From IMG/VR virus record IMGVR_UViG_3300044713_000194, positions 43,637 through 107,636 of that record: DNA of 64,000 nt; one strand, 5' to 3'. Below the pieces are notes generated by a model that did not search any database, was not told where the DNA came from, and worked only from the letters and a program-made list of their open reading frames with translations. Position numbers and translations under genes: made by a program. The DNA comes from a virus. Within the stretch, counting starts at the first letter, position 1; every line of letters begins with the position of its first letter. Below are positions 45,476 through 53,600 of the stretch, piece by piece.

Positions 45476-46190
45476 AAATTCTCTTTATAACGATCCCTAC
45501 TCTTGTTCCACTAACTCCTAACTGTTCAGCGACCCGACTTTTTGTGCTACACTGGACCATCCTTAATAACTCATCATCAGTTGGCCACACAATTTTTTGC
45601 TTATACTGTGCATTGCTCGACCTCGAACACTTTTGACATAACCGGCTCTTGTGTGCAGTCAAACGTTTCTCACATTTTTGGCATTTCGGTAGAGTTGAAT
45701 TACGTGTGTTCTTTCCGCAAAATGTCTCTAACTGGCTATCGCAATTAGGGCATACGAGCCTAAGATTAGGTAGTCTAGCATCGTCGTAGATTCCGTTTTC
45801 ATGATCCAATCGGAGGACGAGTGGCTTACCATTCCACTTAGGTCCTAGATCGCAAATCGAACAGCGGTTTTTAAGGATACCTTCCTTAATCAACCTTCTC
45901 TTCAGAGAGCGCCGACTGTACTTCGAATGCTCAACCAATATCTGATCCAACGGAACCATGGGGGCTGCCCATGAGCGCCCGGCGTGCCACCCGGGCTGAA
46001 GCGTCTCAAAATGATCAAGGTTAAGTCCGGACTCTTCTACGCGTCTCCTAAAGGTTCGAAAATTTCCGCCCTTATTATGCAGTCCCCAGTACGCCAACGC
46101 CTCCCGAATGCTGTTACTTCTGCGCACGATCTGCGCAAACTCATCGTCCGATACTTGCCAAATGACACTTGTTCGCCTTCCCATATTCAC
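45432..46190 (-). CDS. HNH homing endonuclease overlapping tRNA-Gln(TTG)
   Basis: CSIC...LRLDHENG...NLRLVCPNCDSQ; lower GC; 3' end reads into the tRNA. Confidence 0.88.
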   Translation of the reverse strand: MNMGRRTSVIWQVSDDEFAQIVRRSNSIREALAYWGLHNKGGNFRTFRRRVEESGLNLDHFETLQPGWHAGRSWAAPMVPLDQILVEHSKYSRRSLKRRLIKEGILKNRCSICDLGPKWNGKPLVLRLDHENGIYDDARLPNLRLVCPNCDSQLETFCGKNTRNSTLPKCQKCEKRLTAHKSRLCQKCSRSSNAQYKQKIVWPTDDELLRMVQCSTKSRVAEQLGVSGTRVGIVIKRILADRLTVGQTVLAR

Positions 46191-46488
46191 CCCTTCTAAG
46201 GGGTTAATACCTACCGAGACCCATCAAACCGGAATATGTACCAGTGTGAATATCGTCCTGCCGTTGAACGAACCGCCATCAAAAAATTACCTTACTAGCA
46301 CTTTCTCAAATTTCATCGGGGACCCGTCGTGGTCGGAAATCGTTCGCCCCGCAAGCACACCCACGCCAGCGCCTCAATCTTTCACGGCGGGGCCGAGCTT
46401 ACAAAGCACTACCACTGCCCTCGTCTTGGTCTTAGAACCCATGCCTCCAAGCTGACGTTGCATTATTCGTCCGCGTCGCTGTCGAAAC

Positions 46489-46575
46489 TGGAGCGGGTTC
46501 CGGCTTGAAACCATCTCACGGCCCACCCCCACCCGTACGGTGCCGAAAGCAGCCGTTCCTCATCCGAGGCCCGCT
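46489..46575 (-). ncRNA. CCA-terminated small structured RNA
   Basis: AGCGGG...CCCGCT-CCA terminal pairing, internal hairpins, TTCAA loop. Confidence 0.4.
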
Positions 46576-46586
46576 GTAAACCTTGT

Positions 46587-46660
46587 TGGCAGCCCGTCAG
46601 GGATTCGAACCCCAATATGCGCATCCAGAGTGCACTGTCCTACCGTTGAACGAACGGGCT
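46587..46660 (-). tRNA. tRNA-Gln(CTG)
   Basis: Loop CT-CTG-GA, G73-CCA. Confidence 0.9.
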
Positions 46661-46719
46661 GTGAAACCTCGGGTTTTCAAACATCTCACTTCCGTGGCCC
46701 TCAGGCCTTCTGGAATTTA

Positions 46720-46796
46720 TGGTCGGGGCACAGGGAATCGAACCCTATCCACATGCGCCCAAGGCATGGATGCTTGTACCATCACACCCTACCCCG
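46720..46796 (-). tRNA. tRNA-Pro(TGG)
   Basis: CATGC-CTTGGGC-GCATG arm, C1-G72, CCA. Confidence 0.88.
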
Positions 46797-46808
46797 ACAT
46801 CGTATTGT

Positions 46809-46882
46809 TGGTCTCCGAGCGGGGATTCGAACCCCGGACACCGCGCCCCGAACGCGGGATGTTTCCACTACACTACTCAGAG
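46809..46882 (-). tRNA. tRNA-Pro(CGG)
   Basis: CCGCG-TTCGGGG-CGCGG arm, C1-G72, CCA. Confidence 0.9.
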
Positions 46883-46931
46883 ACGACAGCTAACTTTGCG
46901 CCCGATTTGTGCCTCGGGTCCGGGCGGCTTA

Positions 46932-47007
46932 TGGTGGTCACCTTCGGTGTCGAACCGAACTCTACGGCTTTTCAGGCCATCGCTTTCTCCGGATTAGCTT
47001 GGTGACC
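46932..47007 (-). tRNA. tRNA-Phe(GAA)
   Basis: Loop CT-GAA-AA, CCA. Confidence 0.9.
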
Positions 47008-47130
47008 CCTCAATTTCTCCGATCGGCTTACGTCGCTTCCAACAGCCTCCGATCGCGGCCTTTACCGGAGCCATGTCCCTGTCCCGCTGTTTTACGACGG
47101 ACAGGGTGGTACATCGGTCAAGGAACTTTG

Positions 47131-47206
47131 TGGTGGACATGGGGAGGGTCGAACTCCCATCGCCGGGTTGCAGGCCCAGCCGGTTCCCATTACCAAACAC
47201 ACGCCC
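47131..47206 (-). tRNA. tRNA-Ala(TGC), divergent
   Basis: G3:U70 pair, A73-CCA, loop CC-TGC-AA (C33); weak D arm. Confidence 0.82.
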
Positions 47207-47216
47207 ACTGCTAAAT

Positions 47217-47293
<77 letters not shown>

Positions 47294-47350
47294 ACAATGC
47301 AACTAACGTCGTTCCTGCTTCGTTCCCTCCCGGGGAGTGTTTACTCCGCA

Positions 47351-47380
47351 AATGAAAACCCCAGGCGCTTTGCCTGGGGT
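47351..47380 (-). terminator. Attenuator terminator 3
   Basis: ACCCCAGGC-AAAGC-GCCTGGGGT then TTTCATT. The 5' arm region GAGACCCC is complementary to the leader end GGGGTCTC. Confidence 0.88.
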
Positions 47381-47405
47381 CTCGAAACCTGCGATCGCTG
47401 ATCGC

Positions 47406-47504
47406 TTAGTCGATGAGACCCCCGTTCAGATGCGCGGGCGTACCGGCCTGCGGCTGATTGCCGTTGGCTGGTACGGTAAACCGGGTTGTTGCTTGCTGCA
47501 TCAT
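47406..47504 (-). CDS. Attenuator leader peptide 3, MMQQATTRFTVPANGNQPQAGTPAHLNGGLID
   Basis: GGAAGAGG RBS; contains ATG, CAG, CAA, GCA, ACA, ACC, ACG, TTT, CCA, CCG, CCC, AAC, GGC and CAT, matching all 14 downstream tRNAs. Confidence 0.85.
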   Translation of the reverse strand: MMQQATTRFTVPANGNQPQAGTPAHLNGGLID

Positions 47505-47526
47505 CGACACAAAACCTCTTCCTATG

Positions 47527-47557
47527 CTTGGACGTAATGTTTTTGCAAAAGTTGCGA
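47527..47557 (-). promoter_or_regulatory. tRNA-operon promoter 3 (GCAAC-N16-CGTC)
   Basis: TCGCAACTTTTGCAAAAACATTACGTCCAAG. Confidence 0.85.
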
Positions 47558-47723
47558 AGAAAGTTTACTTCTTACAAAGAGGACCCTCGTGCAGCGATGT
47601 CATCGCCTCAATTTGCTCGGCTGCTGTAATCGTCTCCAGTGTTCCTGGGAAACTCGTCTTTGAATACAACTCTATTGCTTCGCCTCTCTCGGCGGAGCTA
47701 ACTATATCGAACACGTGGGCGCT

Positions 47724-48196
47724 TTACGACTTTCGCGCCCCTCGCCGCTTCCTCTTTGGGACAATTATCCAATTGTCTGCAAGAATGTCTCCGGTCGTCA
47801 GATTCGCATCATCAATTTGATCGAACCCTTCTGCCCGAAATTTGGTGGTGTTTGGATCTTCAAAATACTCCCATCCGGGCGGGCCATCCTCCCTGCGCAC
47901 TCTCTCACCGGCATGAGCCCACCGCGCCGCCTGCATAATGTCTGCCATTACCCCTCCACAGGCCCCAAGCCGGGTCCCCGCTTGACAACCACAAGATGTT
48001 CCGCTTTCCAGAAGCGTGACCCCGCAAGATGCCCTATCAGTGACACCTGGCCGTCACCCTGTACCTTCTTGACAGTAACGGCCTTATTGTAGGACGCGAA
48101 CTCTCCTACGCAAAGCCGCTTCTTCAGGCGCACAGTGTCGCCCGGGAAGATGTTCCATATCGCCTGCATCAGTTCTGCTGCTGCGCTCGTCCTCAT
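47724..48196 (-). other. Two small coupled hypothetical genes (47724-47948, 47948-48196)
   Basis: Stop/start overlaps and RBSs. Confidence 0.55.
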
Positions 48197-48831
48197 CTCT
48201 TCGCCTCGACCGTCCCCTGTGCGGCTTCGGCTTTCCTCAAATACTCGATCTCTCGACGAATCCGCCTCGCAGTATCCGCCCAGGCTGACGCCAACGTCTG
48301 ATGGTAAAGATTCGAGGTTGGATCGGTCGAACGGCGAGGCGAAAGAGTTGCATTCAAAGCGTCCTTCTCATAGTCATCCGCAAGGAACTGAAGACGAACC
48401 AGTTCGGGCTCGTCCTTTCCTTTGGCGTCGGCCAGAGATTCCAGTATTTCCACATAAACGGCGTAGCGTGCGGCGGCCAGAAAAACTCGCTCGCATCCGT
48501 CAAAAGACCGACCTCGCCCAGGAAGCACGCCCTCCATGAACTCCTTCAATAGATGGTATTCGATGTCACGCAGCCCTGCGATCATCTCCGTAACCGATGC
48601 CCTTTCCACTGGCGCTGTTTTCTTGTTCTCTGCCTCGGTCTCTGACCAGGCGATAAGCTCGACAGCGTGATTCGGTTTGCAGGACAGCTTGAGCGTTATC
48701 CAGCCCTCGAAGTTCGTGGCAGGGTTCTGTAGGCCCTCGTACGAGACCTGCTGGCGCTTGAGGTATTCCCGCGCCTCCTTCTCCCCGCCAAGGCTCTTGA
48801 TAATCGATTTGACCGCGTGTGTCGCCATCAC
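48193..48831 (-). CDS. Hypothetical protein
   Basis: Coupled to the DUF262 gene. Confidence 0.6.
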   Translation of the reverse strand: MMATHAVKSIIKSLGGEKEAREYLKRQQVSYEGLQNPATNFEGWITLKLSCKPNHAVELIAWSETEAENKKTAPVERASVTEMIAGLRDIEYHLLKEFMEGVLPGRGRSFDGCERVFLAAARYAVYVEILESLADAKGKDEPELVRLQFLADDYEKDALNATLSPRRSTDPTSNLYHQTLASAWADTARRIRREIEYLRKAEAAQGTVEAKR

Positions 48832-49646
48832 TTCTTCTCCTCCGCCAAAGTCTTTTCGTACAGTTCGCGCACCTTGCGGACGTGTTCCGACGTCTGCGGC
48901 ACGCCGCCTTCGTTAAGGTCGAGGAACATCCGTAGCACATCGACCGGCTTGACGACATCGCCATTCAACAACACCATCTGGGTCATAATGTCGCCGAACG
49001 AGAACTTGTCCGCCCCACTCAATTCAAACCAGGTGTGACCTTTGTAGGGGAACCGGCCTTCGCGGAAGTCGCGAAGCGCGGCGAGTCTCTGCTTACCATC
49101 CACGATCTCCAGCCGGTACTCAGGATGTGGGTGCTCCAGGAAAACAAACTTTCCGATGTCCACCCGCGCGAAGACACTCCCAATCAGACGCTGCTTGTCT
49201 TCTAGCGCCCACACATAGTCGCGCTGGTAAATCGGGCTGTCGATCAGACCGCGATGGTAGGTCATGTCCAGTAAGCTCCGGAGGTCGCTCTGGCGATAAT
49301 CCCCGTGAAGACGCGGACGGCTGAAATTGGTGTTCTTCACCGTTGTTTTCGGGTATACATGATTCCACCAGGTAACGATCGGCAGGCGACGCTGATTGTC
49401 GTACGGCTTCCCACGTACCTCACCACGATCGTGATGACTGAGCACCAAAATGCGCCCGTTATCATGAACTTCTTCGACGCGCACGTCCGGCTGGTTCCCG
49501 AAAATAACCTCCTCGCCGGGCTGAAAGGGGTAGTTGGATGCGGGAATAGTATCTTCCCGATTCATGCTCCGAAAGTGACCCCATGCCCTGACAAGAAACT
49601 CATCCCAGGTCTCGGGCTCTTTAATTTTTGGTTGGCCCTTGGCCAT
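48828..49646 (-). CDS. DUF262 (GmrSD N-terminal/ParB-like) domain protein
   Basis: PIYQRDYVW...IVDGKQRL...FLDLN. Confidence 0.85.
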   Translation of the reverse strand: MAKGQPKIKEPETWDEFLVRAWGHFRSMNREDTIPASNYPFQPGEEVIFGNQPDVRVEEVHDNGRILVLSHHDRGEVRGKPYDNQRRLPIVTWWNHVYPKTTVKNTNFSRPRLHGDYRQSDLRSLLDMTYHRGLIDSPIYQRDYVWALEDKQRLIGSVFARVDIGKFVFLEHPHPEYRLEIVDGKQRLAALRDFREGRFPYKGHTWFELSGADKFSFGDIMTQMVLLNGDVVKPVDVLRMFLDLNEGGVPQTSEHVRKVRELYEKTLAEEKK

Positions 49647-49812
49647 GATCCCCCCAATTTCTCCTGCGGACTATCCGCAATCCCGACACCACTTAACACC
49701 GGGCTGATCCTCATCCACTTAAAAGGCGTGTCAGTAGGACTCGCACGAACTCCATGTGTCAAACGTAGTCGCTGAACCCTGCGTATTGGATTCCTTTGTC
49801 CGTACCGCTCAC

Positions 49813-50190
49813 CTACTGCGTTAGCTTCCCCGCATCGCGATCTGTGATCCGTTGCAGTACTTCGAGGCGCTTTGCCTTGAACTTGTCGATCTTCTTTTCC
49901 TGATCGGGAATCTCGCGGGAGTAGACCGGCCACCCCCGTTTTATCCGTTCCTCCAATTCCCTGATGACCCAATACCCGCGCTCAATGTACATATCGATAC
50001 GGGCTAACTCGGCCTCGCTCCGCTGATTGTAGTGCACATTCGGCACCAGGAAGGTCTCGCCAGTATCCGGGTCCCTGTAACGCAGTTGACCGGTCCGGTT
50101 GCTCCCCTCGACCAATTCAAGGAGATCGGCGGATTTCGGTAGGCATTGCCGGAAGTCCGGCTGCTGATAAGGTGCGACGTAGATGCCCAT
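49813..50190 (-). CDS. Hypothetical protein
   Basis: Class A motif and RBS upstream. Confidence 0.6.
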   Translation of the reverse strand: MGIYVAPYQQPDFRQCLPKSADLLELVEGSNRTGQLRYRDPDTGETFLVPNVHYNQRSEAELARIDMYIERGYWVIRELEERIKRGWPVYSREIPDQEKKIDKFKAKRLEVLQRITDRDAGKLTQ

Positions 50191-50239
50191 GTTCCTGCCT
50201 CACTGCTATTCTGGCTGGTCAGTTCAAAAGTGGCAAACT

Positions 50240-50458
50240 TTACACTCCCCGATTTACCAATGGAATTGTCGCCACGTATTCTTTCGGAGTCTTCCCGGTC
50301 CTGAATGCATCGAGGGCAAAGTCAAGCGAGTACCCATCGACGGTCTGATCGCCGTCAAGGGCATGCCCGACGATCTGCTCGGCCTGAGCGATCCAAGCGA
50401 GCCATGGGTTGCCTCCCGTGGCCTCGTGCGATTCAAACGCAATCAACTCGTTGTCCAT
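50240..50458 (-). CDS. Small hypothetical protein
   Basis: AAGGAG RBS before MDNELI. Confidence 0.55.
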   Translation of the reverse strand: MDNELIAFESHEATGGNPWLAWIAQAEQIVGHALDGDQTVDGYSLDFALDAFRTGKTPKEYVATIPLVNRGV

Positions 50459-50691
50459 CGGAATCTCCTTCAGTTTCAACCTGGCGAGTCGATCGAAAAC
50501 CGGCTAAGTTCTCCTTATAGGAAATACCGAATTGCTAGGCCAAACGTGATGTAAGCGCAAAATCACTACCCTCTGAGAGCGAGCGGCCTACTCCGCAACC
50601 CCCGAAAGCTCCCCTTATATTCTGGCGTGTAGAGGCAAAAACGGCTAAGAATAGGTGATTTTTGTGTTATTTTGGTGGGATTTTGGCGTTA

Positions 50692-53600
50692 TTAGACGTT
50701 CCGAACCCAATTTTCTTCAGGGGTCAGTTCGTCTTCCGTGGCGGCGGGCACCATTATGTCAACCGGTGAGCCCGCGTACGCGCCATCCCGCTGATCCGGA
50801 AACAGAGCCCAGCCGTTGGACTGCTCACGGTAATCGGCATCCGGCTTGAGCGCTGGGTTTTTGCTGAGGCCAGCAGTCTTAAGGTTTCTAAGCATCCGCA
50901 ACACTGCGACGCGGGCGCGGGCCATTTCCTGGGTCCGATACGGCGGCTCACTGTTTGCCAATCCAGCGTTCAGCAAAACCGTATCGAGAGGGCACTCGAA
51001 AATACCTTCGGCACCGACGATTCCATCTAAGAACTCGGCTTCCGTCAGCCGTCCACGAGCATCGTAGTAAGCCTCTCCGACTTTGAGACCGACATGGCCC
51101 GGATACGCCGATTGATTTGTGGATACAAATACACCTTCCCGGAATTTCTCCTTCAAAGCCAAAGCGAAATCAAAGCAGCCACCCGCCAACCATGGACGCA
51201 TCCACGCCTCATATTTTGCGGTCTTGACCAACTCATCGTCAATTCCTCGCGCCTTTGCCTCATCGCTCAAATCCATCACCGTGAAATGAACCCCGTCTAC
51301 ACTAAAGAGATGGCGACGCCCAAAGTTTACCCAGTTCTGAAGATTATTCAGGTCGGCGTACTGCTGACCCCACACATAATCGGCCCCAAGATCCAGAGGA
51401 ATCGCACGAAGACGACGGCCAAGACCTGAACCACGGTATTCAGGAATTACAAACAGGGCAACGCCTTCAACACCCCGAAGATCTCGATATGGGGCTGTGG
51501 CTGGAACCTCTGGGTTGTAAATCGACCGATGTGTGAGAATATAGCCGCCAACCACCTTCCCTTGATCTTTTGCGACGTAGGAGTGCGAAAAATCACCTCC
51601 GGTTGCGTCTATGATGATCGACCGAAAAAGGTTCGCGTACTGTGGGAAGCTCTGCTCACCAGCGACTAGTAAGGCGGGGATGTCAGATTTTGAAACTACC
51701 GAAATGGCAGGGGCGCTCGCTTGCTTGGCTCCGTTGACATCCTCAGTGACGGTAAGCCGCCGGATCAATTCATAGGAATTTGTGAACAAAGCCACCAACC
51801 CGGAGTGATAATCACCGGGATTGTTCTTGATGTCCGCTTCCAAGTCCTCAAAAGTCACCCAGGCGATGTGGTCCGTCTCCCAACCAAAGCCGGGCTCGGG
51901 ATGGAGTTCAAATTCCTCTGCGACCTCGCCGAGAAAATTGTAATACTTGAATGATCCGGAGGAGAAGACAAAAGCCGGATGCAGCGTGATCGATCCGTGG
52001 TAGCCGGTCTCCTCCTGAAGCTCGGACATGGCACTCTCTGAGGGGTTCTTGTCCTTCTGAATCGCGCCCCCCAGGGTACCGAAGCAGTCGCCCTGGTTCA
52101 CTTCGCTACTGCGCCAGGCGAGGCAGATGCGCCTTGTGCTCTTGCAGATAGGCAGGATTCCGGACGCACCCCCACCTTCGCCGACCCAGAAGCCGTTATC
52201 GTCGTAGTGGTCTGCAACCTTAATCGCCGGTGTCTCACGGGATGCCACGATTGTGATGTCGGCGACTGAGAACATGCCGGTGCCTGGCTCGACCTGGCGA
52301 GCCTTGTCGTCCCAGTGCTCCACCATGCCCGGGTCCTTCTCATTCGTCGCGTCGAGGCGCGTGCCAACGAACTCCTCGGTCCAATCGCCGATGGCGGCGC
52401 GAATCTTCTCGGCATTTTCCTTATCGGCCATACGGGCGGTGAACACCTTGATTGTTTCACCGTTCTTGAGGGCTGTGCGAACCTTCTCCACCATTTCCAT
52501 GATGGGCTCACCGATCTTGGTTGGATCGGAGTAGTCATCCAGTGCGACCGCGATCGTATCGTCGAGGTCCACTCCGATCCAGGGCTTATACTGCGGCTCC
52601 TCGACAGATGCGGTGATCTTGTTCGAGTTTGAATCAAATTGGCCACTGTTTCCAATCGCGGACTTGATCTGATTCGGACGGAACACAATCCAGCTATCGT
52701 TCCCCGGGTCCTCGACGACGTTCTCGTACACAATGCCGTCGTAGCCCATTGATTCGAGAAGCTTCAGGGCGTCTTCGTTGTCGCGACACTCTTCGAACTG
52801 ATCGATGTCAATGATTTCCCGTTCGAGCAGGGTAGTAGCGATCGCCTCCGTACTTTCCCAACCGCGTGGGTACTGTTCATCCTCATCAATGTTTGTGTCA
52901 TCCTCATCGCGCTCACGAATTGGTTCGCCGGTGTTGATGTCAAGTGACGCCAGATCGGGCAGCCGCAGGGGGTGTACAACACTGAGATACACCGGCATGA
53001 TGTTTGAGCCCGACGCACGGGCAGGGTTCTTGATCTCGTCGTTGTAGAAGTTCCACAGGTCACGGTGACGGTCGTTGGCCGCCTGCTGTGTCCCGAAGTG
53101 CGTAAATGGCCGGAACTCTTCGATGTCCCCAGTCTGAGTAGCGTGGTACATCACCATTGGACGGCCCTGACCATCGACAACCTTCGAGCCTGAAAACCAG
53201 GCCTTGAATTGCGGGGTTTCGGTAATGTCCTGAACAGGGACCTCGGCCTCGGCCACCGCTGCTTGACGCTTCTTTGTCTTCGGAAACACGATGTCTTTCG
53301 GTGCCACGTACGGCAGTACAAACTGCACCGCACCGCTCGCAATGTCAGCATCGTCCGGGTCCGGCAACAACTCGCGAAGGGTTGTATGGATCTCCAGGGT
53401 GACTGGGGAGCCTTTGCGGCGTTGCGTGGAGTTCCGTCTGTACCCCTCGACTGCCGGGCCGGAAACTTCCGTTGTTACGTACACACCCGCACCCGAGTTC
53501 TGGTACAAGTTTGACTTCCGCACGTCCCCTCTCAAGCCTTCACGCTTGATCTGCGGCACCAGGCCGCTCGACGTGTGATGGAAGACTGTCACCGGAAGAT

